This document shows positions 39,840 to 49,696 of a DNA stretch of 64,000 nt, piece by piece. The first letter of the stretch is position 1. Every line of letters starts with the position of its first letter. Source of the stretch: an uncultured virus (IMG/VR IMGVR_UViG_643886092_000009) (taxonomy: Duplodnaviria > Heunggongvirae > Uroviricota > Caudoviricetes); the IMG/VR virus record IMGVR_UViG_643886092_000009; one strand, given 5' to 3'. Both the position numbers and the translations under genes were made by a program. Below the pieces are notes generated by a model. It was given only the letters and a program-made list of their open reading frames with translations. It was not told the DNA's origin and ran no database searches.

Positions 39840-40517
39840 GTGAGAAGGTTGGCTAGTTATACAGAAGACCAGTTAGTAAGAGCAATAGAACTATATAAAG
39901 ATAAAGCAAACAATGGGATGAGGTTACGAGATATATTAAAAGAGACAAACGTACCTTCAAGTGCTTTATATTCGACTATAAGAGAACAGGAAGTTGAGTT
40001 GCAAGGCAAAACAAAAGTTACAGAATACCCTAACTTAGAAAAAGCTTTAGAGTTATACGCAGATAGGGGTAGTAACGGTCTAACTGTTAATAGTATAGCA
40101 TCTAAATATGGTATTCCAACTTCAAGATTGTATTTAGAAATAGATATTAGAGGTATTAAACCAAGAATGAAGGGAAGAAAATATACAGAAAAAGATGTGC
40201 ATAGAGCAGTAGACTTGTATATAAATAGACCTACAAATGGTTTAAAGGTTAAGGATATATTAGCACAGACAAGCGTAACACAAACAGCTTTATATGGTGA
40301 GTTAAATAGACGTGGTATTGTTAGTATTGATAAGAATAAAGAACAAAAAGATTTAAATTCATTAATGAGACGAAAAGGTAACTTAGATAAAGCGGTAGAA
40401 CTATTCATTCACAAAGATACATATGGCTTAACTGTTACCAAGATTCTTAAAATAGCAAAAGTAAGTACAACAACGTTATATGGGGAATTAAGAAAACGAG
40501 GTTATAAAATAGACTAA
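39840..40517 (+). CDS. multi-HTH protein (4 modules)
   Basis: repeated A.ELY...GLTV..I...T.V....LY.EL..RG (resolvase/Hin HTH-like). Confidence 0.85.
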   Translation: MRRLASYTEDQLVRAIELYKDKANNGMRLRDILKETNVPSSALYSTIREQEVELQGKTKVTEYPNLEKALELYADRGSNGLTVNSIASKYGIPTSRLYLEIDIRGIKPRMKGRKYTEKDVHRAVDLYINRPTNGLKVKDILAQTSVTQTALYGELNRRGIVSIDKNKEQKDLNSLMRRKGNLDKAVELFIHKDTYGLTVTKILKIAKVSTTTLYGELRKRGYKID

Positions 40518-40525
40518 TAAAGGGA

Positions 40526-41383
40526 ATGGTGAGGAACATGGTTAAAGTATTAGAAACGGATAAACTTGTAGAAGTGGAGATTACTAGAGACCAACAAATC
40601 GCTAAAGCAATTGAGTTATATAAGAGTAAGATGAAAGTTAAGGATATTATAAAAGAAACTGGTATTCCTGAGTCTACGTTATACCGTATCTTTAGAGCAA
40701 ACAATTTAAGAAATCAACCTAGAGATAAAAAGATAGATGTAGAGAAGTTAGAGGAAGCATTAGACTTATTTATAAACAGGGATAAGTTAGGGTTAACTGT
40801 TAAGCAAATTGCAGAGAAAACAGGTATTTCCAAACAAACTATTTATGTAGAAGCAAAAGCAAGAGAGGTAAACTTTGAGTTTGTCGGCAAGGGGTATACA
40901 AAAGAATCTTTGGAGAAAGCGGTTGAAATGTATCAAAGACCGATACAAGAAAAGATTACACTAAAGAAAATTTACGAAGAGACAGGTGTTTCTAGAAGTG
41001 TATTATATAAAGAATTAGAATCACGGGGTATTGAAATCAGACATGGTAATCGTTTATCTTATACCGAAGAGTCTTTAGAAACTTCAGTTCATTTATATAA
41101 GAACCGTCATGAACTAGGGTTAGGAGTTTCAGACATTATTGATAGAACAGGTATTTGTATAAACGCCTTACATAAAGAGTTAAGAAAGAGAAAACTAATA
41201 AAGGGTAATACAAATAGAAAATACCCTATTAGACTAGTAAACCAAGCAATACGTTTAATCCTTAATAAAGAGAATAATTTTTCAGTTGCTCAAGTATCAG
41301 AGCAGACTGGTATTAAGGAAAGCACATTGTTTGCAGAATTAAGAGATAGGGGTATACGATTACGAGAACGGAAGGCGATGTAA
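40526..41383 (+). CDS. multi-HTH protein (5 modules)
   Basis: same repeat unit. Confidence 0.85.
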   Translation: MVRNMVKVLETDKLVEVEITRDQQIAKAIELYKSKMKVKDIIKETGIPESTLYRIFRANNLRNQPRDKKIDVEKLEEALDLFINRDKLGLTVKQIAEKTGISKQTIYVEAKAREVNFEFVGKGYTKESLEKAVEMYQRPIQEKITLKKIYEETGVSRSVLYKELESRGIEIRHGNRLSYTEESLETSVHLYKNRHELGLGVSDIIDRTGICINALHKELRKRKLIKGNTNRKYPIRLVNQAIRLILNKENNFSVAQVSEQTGIKESTLFAELRDRGIRLRERKAM

Positions 41384-41857
41384 GTGGCGTTAGAAGAACA
41401 AACTAATTTAGATAAAGCGATACGTTTATACGTAAATAGAAGTAGAACGGGATTAACAGTGAGACAAATATGTAAACAGACTGGAATACCTCTACACACG
41501 CTTTATAAAGGGTTAAGAGAACTAGGGTTAGCAATTAAACCGAATAAAAGGGTAGATAAAGAGAAGTTAAATCAAGCGGTTGAATTGTATTTAGAAAAAG
41601 AAGAACTAGGGTTGACTGTAGAAGACATTGTAAACAAAGTTGGAGTATCAGCAAGTGTTATTTATAATGAATTAAGAGACAGAGGATACAAATTAAAAAC
41701 ATGTGGTCGTAAATTTGAACAAGAAGATTTAGAAGAAGCGATTTCTTTATTCCTAAGAAAGAAAGAACTAAAGTTATCAGGAGAAGCAATTGCAGAAAGA
41801 ACTGGAGTACCAAGACAAACAATCTATTGGCATTTAAACAGAAGAGGTTTAAAGTAG
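41384..41857 (+). CDS. multi-HTH protein (3 modules)
   Basis: same repeat unit. Confidence 0.85.
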   Translation: MALEEQTNLDKAIRLYVNRSRTGLTVRQICKQTGIPLHTLYKGLRELGLAIKPNKRVDKEKLNQAVELYLEKEELGLTVEDIVNKVGVSASVIYNELRDRGYKLKTCGRKFEQEDLEEAISLFLRKKELKLSGEAIAERTGVPRQTIYWHLNRRGLK

Positions 41858-41866
41858 GAGGTTACA

Positions 41867-42514
41867 ATGAGTGAGCCAAACCTAGAATTACGAGAAGCAG
41901 TTTTTATGTATTTGTATCGAAAAGATTATAATTTAAAACTAGAAGATATCGTAGAGCAAACAGGGGTTGCAGAACAGGATATACTAGATGAATTAGTTAG
42001 ACTAGGTATACCTTTAGAAATAAACCAACTTCAAAAGTATGCAGCTAGTACGTTAGACGTAGCAATTCTCTTACATTTAGGTAAAGAAACGAATGGAATG
42101 TCAGTACAGGATATTGCAAACAAAACTGGCATCCATCGTTCAGCTTTATACAACGAATTAAAGAGAAGGGGTATTTTAGATTTAAAGAGTCTTACACCTG
42201 ACTATAAGTATGATATGGAAAAAGCAATAGAATTAATACTAAACCGTGAAGAAAACAGGTATAGATTAATAGATATTGAATTAGAAACAGGGGTATCGAA
42301 GTCTTCCTTATACCGTGAACTAGAAAACAGGGGTATTGAAGTAGTGAACGGGAATCGGAAAACTTCACAAGAAGCGATAGATGAAGCATTAGACTTATAT
42401 GAAAATAGAAAAGAAAATGGGTTAACAGTACGTAAAATCATTACCCAAACAGGGGTATCGAGAAGTACTTTATATGCAGAATTAAAGAAGAAACAGGGAG
42501 AGAAAAATGAGTAA
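41867..42514 (+). CDS. multi-HTH protein (4 modules)
   Basis: same repeat unit. Confidence 0.85.
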   Translation: MSEPNLELREAVFMYLYRKDYNLKLEDIVEQTGVAEQDILDELVRLGIPLEINQLQKYAASTLDVAILLHLGKETNGMSVQDIANKTGIHRSALYNELKRRGILDLKSLTPDYKYDMEKAIELILNREENRYRLIDIELETGVSKSSLYRELENRGIEVVNGNRKTSQEAIDEALDLYENRKENGLTVRKIITQTGVSRSTLYAELKKKQGEKNE

Positions 42515-43142
42515 GAAAGAGTCAAACAAGCTAAGAAAAGCAGTATCAATGTGGGTTTATAGAAAAGACTTAGAATTATCAAATGAGGAAATCAGTCAAG
42601 AAACAGGAGTAGCAGTAGACGAACTAGAACAAGAGTTAGTAAGGGTTGGATTAATTTCTATTAATAAGGAATTAAATCGTGCAGTAGATTTATATGTAAA
42701 CCGTTATAAGCTAGGTTTAACAATGGATGAAATTGTAGAGAAAGAGTGTATATCGAAAAGTACTTTGTACGCAGAATTAAAGAACAGAGGTATTGACTGT
42801 AGAAGTATAGGTAAAACTTATACACAAAAAGATGTACATGAAGCAGTATCATTATTCTTAACTCGTGAAGAAACAGGGTTACATGTAAAAGACGTTTTAG
42901 AGAAAACAGGCGTACCACATTCTGTATTATATAAAGAGTTACATAGATTAGATATAACTTTAAAGGAAAGTAATGATTCAGCGATTAATCTTGCGATTGA
43001 GTTATACGAAAACCGAAAGCAAACGGGTATAAAAGTAATAGATATCTTAGAAAGAACAAAAATATCTAGTCAAACTTTATATAGAGAGATAAAACTAAGA
43101 GGTGTTCCATATCGAGGTCGTAGTAAGAAAAAGGTAGCTTAA
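42507..43142 (+). CDS. multi-HTH protein (4 modules)
   Basis: same repeat unit. Confidence 0.85.
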   Translation: MSKKESNKLRKAVSMWVYRKDLELSNEEISQETGVAVDELEQELVRVGLISINKELNRAVDLYVNRYKLGLTMDEIVEKECISKSTLYAELKNRGIDCRSIGKTYTQKDVHEAVSLFLTREETGLHVKDVLEKTGVPHSVLYKELHRLDITLKESNDSAINLAIELYENRKQTGIKVIDILERTKISSQTLYREIKLRGVPYRGRSKKKVA

Positions 43143-43194
43143 TTATAAACAAGTTGAAAATTAATAGAACTTAATACTAGGAGGATAAACATAC

Positions 43195-44667
43195 ATGTCA
43201 AAAGGAATTGAGTTTGAAATTGGTAGTTTTCTAGGTGAGTTTGATGTAACAGACTATACAATGAGTCAAGTTGAGAAGTTAGAAGATTACATTGAACAAG
43301 CCAATACAATAGCAAACATGAAAACTGGTGAGTTACTAGTTGTAGACGCTATTTATAATGAAATGGTATCTATTTTACGTCAAGTAAAACCGGATTCACA
43401 TTTATTAACTGAGTTGTGGGAAACTGGTGATGAAGATAACGTTGAAGGTAATCAGTATACAGATTTATTAGTTAAAAACCCGATGAAATCTATCTTAACG
43501 GTTAAGTCTTTTAATAGTGCTGAAATGGGTATCTTTAAAAGCAATTATCCTGAGGATGAACCTGTTACATTACATGGTAGTTTAAAAGAGAACGGTTGGG
43601 GTATCCGTATTGCTTATATGGACGGTGAATATGTATCAGCAACTTCAAGGGCGAGAGCAAGTGCAGGTAAAGATTTAACAAGGCAAGTTGGAGTTGTATT
43701 AGAAAAGAAAGGTTTATTAACGTTAGAAGATGTACCAGACGGATTAGCTGAAGTACGAGGTGAGTTATTACTATCTTTTAACAACTTGGATGAAGCACGA
43801 GCATACAATCCAAACATCGTAAGTGCATTCAGTGGGGTAGCAAGTATGGCACGAGACAGTGCAAGTGAAGAGGAAAACGCTTTACTTGATTTCGTAGCCT
43901 ATACAATAATCCACGAAGACCTAGAATTTGAATCTAAGTCAGAAGAGTACAGGTACTTGAAGGAGTATCTAGGTTTCGAAGTTCCTTTAAACTGGACAAT
44001 CGAAGATGTAACAATAGATGAACTAGAAGAAGTACTAGAAGACACACTAGCTGAAATTGAGGAAGAGGTATTCAATGAAGCAGAACCGTATGAGTACTTT
44101 ACAGATGGGGTAGTTATTCAGATAGACGATTATGCTACATTCCATGCTTTAGGTGATGATGGAGGTAAATATAATAAAGGAAACATTGCATTAAAAGTAG
44201 GAGCATGGTCACAAGATAATTACTATGGATATGTACAGTATATAGACTTTTCAAAAGGGAAATCAAAACTAAGTCCAGTAGCAATTTTAGGTACTGAGCC
44301 AAACCAAGCAGTATTCGAAATAGACGATGAAATATATCAAGGTTTAGACGAAGTAATGGAGTATCACGATATCGAAACTCTAAACTTCAACTTAGCTGAC
44401 TGTGTTAAGAATTACAAAGACTTAGGAGTAGGTACAGCAAGTGGAAATAAAGTAAGACGGGTTCCATTATATGAAGTAGCAAACATGATTTTACTTGGTA
44501 TAACGCCAAACTCTATTTTATACTTCAAGTACGGTGGAGAAGCAGGGGTAGTGCCTTGTCGTGAAGACGGCTCTTTAATCAAGGATATTAAAGGTGTTAA
44601 TTATATAGACGGATTATTTACAGAGGAAGACATTATAGGTTCTGAAGAAGGAGAAGAATGGGCTTAA
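43195..44667 (+). CDS. ligA: NAD-dependent DNA ligase-like protein (adenylation plus OB region only)
   Basis: DAIYN, PMKSI, SLKENG, ATSR, EVRGE, TDGVVI, IALK; no Zn finger, HhH or BRCT. Confidence 0.75.
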   Translation: MSKGIEFEIGSFLGEFDVTDYTMSQVEKLEDYIEQANTIANMKTGELLVVDAIYNEMVSILRQVKPDSHLLTELWETGDEDNVEGNQYTDLLVKNPMKSILTVKSFNSAEMGIFKSNYPEDEPVTLHGSLKENGWGIRIAYMDGEYVSATSRARASAGKDLTRQVGVVLEKKGLLTLEDVPDGLAEVRGELLLSFNNLDEARAYNPNIVSAFSGVASMARDSASEEENALLDFVAYTIIHEDLEFESKSEEYRYLKEYLGFEVPLNWTIEDVTIDELEEVLEDTLAEIEEEVFNEAEPYEYFTDGVVIQIDDYATFHALGDDGGKYNKGNIALKVGAWSQDNYYGYVQYIDFSKGKSKLSPVAILGTEPNQAVFEIDDEIYQGLDEVMEYHDIETLNFNLADCVKNYKDLGVGTASGNKVRRVPLYEVANMILLGITPNSILYFKYGGEAGVVPCREDGSLIKDIKGVNYIDGLFTEEDIIGSEEGEEWA

Positions 44668-44754
44668 TCTGTAGAGGGTTATAATCAAACGAAAACAAAC
44701 CGAGCAGAAGTGTTCGGTTTTTCTTTGTTTTGTTCGATTATTTAGAAGACTATA

Positions 44755-44783
44755 TTGACAAAATTAGAAATGTATGGTATAAT
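44755..44783 (+). promoter_or_regulatory. sigmaA promoter
   Basis: TTGACA-N17-TATAAT; preceded by a terminator hairpin at about 44697-44725. Confidence 0.85.
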
Positions 44784-44847
44784 AGTATTAAGAGTTAAGA
44801 AAATATAGCATAGAAAATAATCAAACAGATGGGGAGAGAAAAGGGTT

Positions 44848-45279
44848 ATGAAACAAACAAAGTTGTTCAAAACAATGTGTAAACCGAAACAAAATGGAGT
44901 AGCAGGTTACGATGATTTAGACGTTGATGTGCAAATAAATGAGTTTATCGCAAACAATGATATTGATGTAATCAGTATTGAGTTAGCAACTGGTATAGAT
45001 AGTGAAGGAAACCCATATGACCGTGCATTACTATCATATGATGATAAAGTCAAACAGCCATCAAAAGAGCAATTAAAACTAGCAAATCAAGATACTGAGT
45101 TAAAATGTATGTCTTTATCAGAACTAATTGAGTCTAGATTATTGGATATTCAAGAATTAAGTAGTATAGAAGGTTTAGACATACCTTTATTATGGGCAAA
45201 ACATGGTATTTGGATAGTACATAATCTTCAAAGCCAGTTAGAATTAACAAGACGAGTAGAGGAAAGAAAGAACAAATAA
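44848..45279 (+). CDS. family G copy 1 (N-terminus possibly Cse60/DUF2758-like)
   Basis: LDV..QINEF...GNP..ALLSYDDK...LW.KHG. Confidence 0.75.
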   Translation: MKQTKLFKTMCKPKQNGVAGYDDLDVDVQINEFIANNDIDVISIELATGIDSEGNPYDRALLSYDDKVKQPSKEQLKLANQDTELKCMSLSELIESRLLDIQELSSIEGLDIPLLWAKHGIWIVHNLQSQLELTRRVEERKNK

Positions 45280-45292
45280 GGAGGTTAAAACT

Positions 45293-45736
45293 TTGAAGAA
45301 AACAAAGAGTTTTACAGGCGCAATCAGGGGTATGAAGGCTGGTTTAGATGTAGAAATTAATAATTTCCTTACAACTCATGGTTATGAGTTACTAGATGTA
45401 CATTACACAATCTATCATGATGTAAACGGTAACCCAGTTCGAGACGCCTTAATTACATATGATGATAAAAAGGTTCAAGAAGAAGAAGTTACGAACAAAA
45501 ATCCAGACTTAGTACCTACTTTCATTACAAATGGTGGTATTCCAATCGTAAAGAGAATGCATGAAACAATGATAGAGGAAATCCAAACAATAGAAGGTCT
45601 AGAAAAGAACGGAGAAAAAGGTGTTCTTAGACTATGGGAGAAATATGGTCAAAACTTACTATTTTCTCATAATGAAATGGTTCTTATGTTAGAAAAACGA
45701 TTTAAACAGTTACAAGAACTAGAAAAAGAAGAGTAA
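45293..45736 (+). CDS. family G copy 2
   Basis: LDVEINNF...GNP..ALITYDDK...LWEKYG. Confidence 0.75.
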   Translation: MKKTKSFTGAIRGMKAGLDVEINNFLTTHGYELLDVHYTIYHDVNGNPVRDALITYDDKKVQEEEVTNKNPDLVPTFITNGGIPIVKRMHETMIEEIQTIEGLEKNGEKGVLRLWEKYGQNLLFSHNEMVLMLEKRFKQLQELEKEE

Positions 45737-45749
45737 GAGGTGTAAATAA

Positions 45750-46091
45750 GTGAACCAAACAATAGAGTCGTATCCTAAACAAGCAAGCTATTGTGGGGTA
45801 TGTAATAAAGAAATAGGAGCATACGATAGAGTAGTGTATAGACGAGAAAGAAGTGGTTTATATACATTTTATTGTATGCATTGTGAGGAAGAAGCAAGAA
45901 GCTTAAAGGAATGTAAGGTCTGTCAACTACATAGAGCAAACTGTAAGTGTGAAAAGCGCAAAGAAAAGTTATTAGAAAGAGAAAACTATGGTGCTTTAGG
46001 TGGTCGAACAAATAGAAAGAAAAAGAAGACCGAAGAATCGAAAAGTAATACATGGTGGACTCATTATCAAAACCAATTAGGGAGAAGGTAA
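45750..46091 (+). CDS. Cys-rich putative Zn-binding protein
   Basis: CGVC, CMHC, CKVC, CKC. Confidence 0.7.
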   Translation: MNQTIESYPKQASYCGVCNKEIGAYDRVVYRRERSGLYTFYCMHCEEEARSLKECKVCQLHRANCKCEKRKEKLLERENYGALGGRTNRKKKKTEESKSNTWWTHYQNQLGRR

Positions 46092-46095
46092 ACAA

Positions 46096-46401
46096 ATGGG
46101 CGTAAGAAAAGTAGGTAGAAGAAAAATTTCAAATAATGGTGATGCACCACCTTCAAATGGATATCAAACGTATAGTTACGTATCTCCTAAAGTTACTTTA
46201 GAGTGTGAGAAACTAACAGAAGACGAGTTAAAAGCATTAAGTAGTGATGTAAAAACGTATCGTGTTGAAGAATTAATCAAGAATAAAGAAGCTATAACGG
46301 TAATTGCTGATGATACAAACGGAGTATATTCATTTTTCATTAAGAAGTATGATGTTAAAGAAGGAGACATTGTAAAAGACCCCCTTAGGAGTCGAGTATA
46401 A
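46096..46401 (+). CDS. hypothetical protein
   Basis: ORF with RBS. Confidence 0.65.
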   Translation: MGVRKVGRRKISNNGDAPPSNGYQTYSYVSPKVTLECEKLTEDELKALSSDVKTYRVEELIKNKEAITVIADDTNGVYSFFIKKYDVKEGDIVKDPLRSRV

Positions 46402-46466
46402 AGTAGTGGTAAAGGTAAGTGACTTAAAAGTATTAGTAAACAAAGTCTAGAGAGGGGTAGCAAGTA

Positions 46467-47303
46467 ATGAAAACCAAAACAGTAAGTGGACTAGCTATTG
46501 TTTGTTCATTAGCTATGTTAACTACAGGTTGTGGAAAAGATTCACCAATTAAAGAACAAACAGCAAAAGCAGAAGTAAATGAAATTTTAACCGAAGAAGA
46601 CTATCTAGGGGTATCAGAGGAAATTGACTACATTAAACCTACTCCAAAAGAGAATAAAGAAGAGGTAGATTATATCAAACCGGCAACTACGCCAAATAGA
46701 GTCGCTCAAGGGTTAGAGAGACAGAATGCTAATGATATAGAAGTAGTCGTAAACAAGAAGAACAAGTTACCTGATAATTATAAACCAAAAGATTTAGTTG
46801 TACCAAACGTATCTTTTGCTTACGACGGGGTATATGAGAAGTCTCACTTACGTAAAGAAGCGTCAGACTCCTTAGAGAAACTATTTGCACTTGCAGAAAA
46901 AGATGGTATCTATTTAAATGCAGTATCAGGTTTCCGTTCGGCTGAGTATCAAACGAAAGTCTATAATGGAAATGTAAAGAAAGATGGAAAAGACCATGCT
47001 GATATGTTTTCAGCAAAACCTGGTCATAGTGAGCATCAAACTGGTTTAGTTATGGATGTATCAGCTAAATCATTTGATAACAAGTTAGAGCAAGAGTTTG
47101 AACAAACAAAAGAAGGTAAGTGGTTGGCGAAGAATGCTCATAAAACTGGATTTATCATTCGTTATCCAAAAGGTAAAGAAGATGTAACTGGTTATGAGTA
47201 TGAACCTTGGCATATCCGATATGTAGGAGATATTGCTACTAACCTGTTCGAAAAAGGTCTAACTTTAGAGGAATACAAAGAGCAGAAGGCTACTTACGAG
47301 TAA
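46467..47303 (+). CDS. lipoprotein D-alanyl-D-alanine carboxypeptidase (M15B, VanY/YodJ-like)
   Basis: lipobox LTTGC; SGFRS, SEHQTGL.MD, EPWHIRYVG. Confidence 0.9.
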   Translation: MKTKTVSGLAIVCSLAMLTTGCGKDSPIKEQTAKAEVNEILTEEDYLGVSEEIDYIKPTPKENKEEVDYIKPATTPNRVAQGLERQNANDIEVVVNKKNKLPDNYKPKDLVVPNVSFAYDGVYEKSHLRKEASDSLEKLFALAEKDGIYLNAVSGFRSAEYQTKVYNGNVKKDGKDHADMFSAKPGHSEHQTGLVMDVSAKSFDNKLEQEFEQTKEGKWLAKNAHKTGFIIRYPKGKEDVTGYEYEPWHIRYVGDIATNLFEKGLTLEEYKEQKATYE

Positions 47304-47357
47304 GATTTTAAATTTACTAGTATTTTATAGAAACATAATTAAAACGGAGGTGGAAGA

Positions 47358-47684
47358 ATGGAAGACTTAAATTTCGATTTCCTAAAAGAATTATCTACGC
47401 TACATAACGAGATAGTGTTAGGTAGAAAACAAGATTCAGATTTTCATAGTTTTATCTTATCAAACAAAGAAAGATTCAATAACTTGGAATATCTTTCTGT
47501 AGCAATGGAACGATTTGAGTTATCAGAAGAGTATATTCAACAAAACTTTGAATCTTGTAAGTTTGTTTATGATTTTATGAAAGAGAACCGCTGTTTAGCA
47601 TTAAACACAACTGGTCTACGTACTGGAATCCGTTTAGGAATGTTCGAAGACTTTGTAGAAGACATCATGAAACAAGAGAGGTAG
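47358..47684 (+). CDS. hypothetical protein
   Basis: GGAGGT RBS. Confidence 0.75.
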   Translation: MEDLNFDFLKELSTLHNEIVLGRKQDSDFHSFILSNKERFNNLEYLSVAMERFELSEEYIQQNFESCKFVYDFMKENRCLALNTTGLRTGIRLGMFEDFVEDIMKQER

Positions 47685-47689
47685 TAAGT

Positions 47690-47857
47690 ATGGACATCTT
47701 TTTATGTATAACACTAGGAGCATTTCTTGTATCAGGGGCTTTAGTTATTAGAACCGCATACAAGAGAAGCAAAATAGATATACTAGAAACGAGTGTATTC
47801 GGTCTATCAGGGCTAATTCTATCGGTAGGTTTAGTAATACTAGTAATTAAGGGGTAG
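47690..47857 (+). CDS. small 2-TM protein (55 aa, not in ORF track)
   Basis: CITLG...R.AYK...E...GLS, shared with 51468..51623. Confidence 0.6.
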   Translation: MDIFLCITLGAFLVSGALVIRTAYKRSKIDILETSVFGLSGLILSVGLVILVIKG

Positions 47858-47924
47858 ACTTAGAGGGTTTGTTAGAAATAGCAAACCCTTTTTCTTATAT
47901 AAAGGAATAATATAGCAAACTATG

Positions 47925-47953
47925 TTGACAAATGATGAAATCTATGTTATAAT
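47925..47953 (+). promoter_or_regulatory. sigmaA promoter
   Basis: TTGACA-N17-TATAAT; preceded by a terminator at about 47864-47895. Confidence 0.85.
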
Positions 47954-48023
47954 AAGAGTATAAATTAAGGGAATAAGTAAATAGAAAAGATAAAACAAAG
48001 AGATATTGAGAGGAGTAGGAAAC

Positions 48024-48551
48024 ATGGAAGTAGTAGAGTTAGCAGTAGTAGAGGAAAACTTAAAACCATTCGCAGGTGTTACAGTAACAGGAGAATGGGA
48101 AGAGTGGCATGAAGAAGACGAAAATGGTGTAATGGTAAACAAGAAGTGTTCAAACCTTACAAAAGATGATTGGGACAACTATTCAGCTAGACTACATAAT
48201 GGTCGTGTATTTTCAACTGATGGAGGTAAAACTTGGTTTGTAAATGAAAACAGTGGATTACCTTTAGATTTTCCTTGTGAGTTACCATCAAAACCGAAAA
48301 AATTCGTATTAAGTCATACTGGTTTAGTAGAGGTATCGGGTAAAGAAGCAAGTGACTTTTTACGTAATGGTGGAAAACTATGGTTTGAAGATATGGGTAG
48401 TTATTTAACATTTGAACACTACTATGGAGAACCGAAAGTATTTGTTACAACAGAACCATTTCCAATGTATGAAGACGAAGAACCACAACGTGGGCAGACA
48501 ATGTTTGCACTAGAAAAAGTACAAGCAAAACGATGGTTAAGAGAGGGGTAA
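48024..48551 (+). CDS. protein with C-terminal family H domain
   Basis: VSGKEA..FL..G.KLWF...WL. Confidence 0.75.
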   Translation: MEVVELAVVEENLKPFAGVTVTGEWEEWHEEDENGVMVNKKCSNLTKDDWDNYSARLHNGRVFSTDGGKTWFVNENSGLPLDFPCELPSKPKKFVLSHTGLVEVSGKEASDFLRNGGKLWFEDMGSYLTFEHYYGEPKVFVTTEPFPMYEDEEPQRGQTMFALEKVQAKRWLREG

Positions 48552-48556
48552 GTTAA

Positions 48557-48835
48557 ATGTCAGTAAAGATTTCAATTACAAATGAAGGATAAACACCTAA
48601 GTTTGTTACAATAAACGGTACTAAGTTACAACTAATTGAGGGATATGATTTTGTAACAGGAGTATATGGAGTTGACACGATAGAACAAGGTGAAGAACTG
48701 ATTAATCCTGAGAACAAAGATGTATTATATTATCAAGAATATTGGGGTAAAGGTATTATTTATAGAAACAATATTGAAACAGAATTAGACATGAGTTTCA
48801 TTCAAACTCAATATTGGTTAGTTAAGTCTAAATAA
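48557..48835 (+). pseudogene. family H paralog with an in-frame TAA at codon 12
   Basis: MSVKISITNEG*TPKFVTINGTKLQLIEGYDFVTG...YWLVKSK aligns with 48848..49243. Confidence 0.7.
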
Positions 48836-48847
48836 GAGGTGATAAGT

Positions 48848-49243
48848 ATGTCAAGAGAAATCAAAGTATTTAAAAGTAAAACTGGAATACTAATGGTCAG
48901 AGACGTAGAGACAGGTGATACATTACCATTTTCTGAATTAGTGAAAGCAGGTCACGAAGAAGAACTTATTCTTATCCCACAAGAAACAGTTCCTTCTATT
49001 ACAGTAAACGGTACTAAGCTAGAAGTAGTTGAGGGTTATGAATATGTAACAGGTAGAGACGTAGAACATCATTTACAAGAAGGTGAAACATTATACTTCA
49101 CTGATTTAGAAGGTTGTATGAAATTAATATACAATAATGGAATAGGTAGACTGTATAGTAATCGAAATAGTCCTTCACTTGTAGAGTCAGGTTACAGAAT
49201 GGACGAAGTAACTCGTAAGTTTTGGTTAATCAAATCTGAATAG
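48848..49243 (+). CDS. family H paralog
   Basis: TVNGTKLEVVEGYEYVTG...FWLIKSE. Confidence 0.8.
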   Translation: MSREIKVFKSKTGILMVRDVETGDTLPFSELVKAGHEEELILIPQETVPSITVNGTKLEVVEGYEYVTGRDVEHHLQEGETLYFTDLEGCMKLIYNNGIGRLYSNRNSPSLVESGYRMDEVTRKFWLIKSE

Positions 49244-49255
49244 GGGTAGTTAACT

Positions 49256-49696
49256 ATGACAATTACAAAATTTGAAATGTATTTTCATAAGGAAACTGAT
49301 GAGTGGATTATTAAAAACTCAAAAACAAGTGAAGAAGACTTTTTAAGTCATGTACTAGAAGAACGTTTCAATCGTGAGAGTATAGAAATCGAATTTACAG
49401 GTTTTATAAGCAAACAAGAAGAAGTAGTAAAAGAAACTTTAGAACCTAAGGTTGAAGAGTCAAAACCTTTTGTAAAAGTAACTGATTATGAAGCAGTACA
49501 ACATCTATTAGCAGGAGATATAATGTTAGGTATGAATTCGGACACGTATCTTAATTATCATAGAAACCACCCATATCCAGACGGTAAATTATCTTGGAGA
49601 GATATAAACGGTAAAGATATGACACCTGAGGGAGAGGTATTAGACTTAGAATTTGTACGTAAAAATGAGTGGTGGATGAAGGAGTGTAGGAAATGA
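49256..49696 (+). CDS. family H paralog
   Basis: VTDYEAV..L..G...WRD...DM.P...VRKNEW. Confidence 0.8.
   Translation: MTITKFEMYFHKETDEWIIKNSKTSEEDFLSHVLEERFNRESIEIEFTGFISKQEEVVKETLEPKVEESKPFVKVTDYEAVQHLLAGDIMLGMNSDTYLNYHRNHPYPDGKLSWRDINGKDMTPEGEVLDLEFVRKNEWWMKECRK

Noticed and set aside
46467..47303. Vancomycin-resistance determinant (vanY)
   Set aside because: M15B carboxypeptidases are widespread cell-wall enzymes, and no vanHAX or vanRS genes are present.
48590..48592. In-frame TAA as evidence of stop-codon reassignment
   Set aside because: Single case; TAA ends most genes normally and the conserved genes are uninterrupted.
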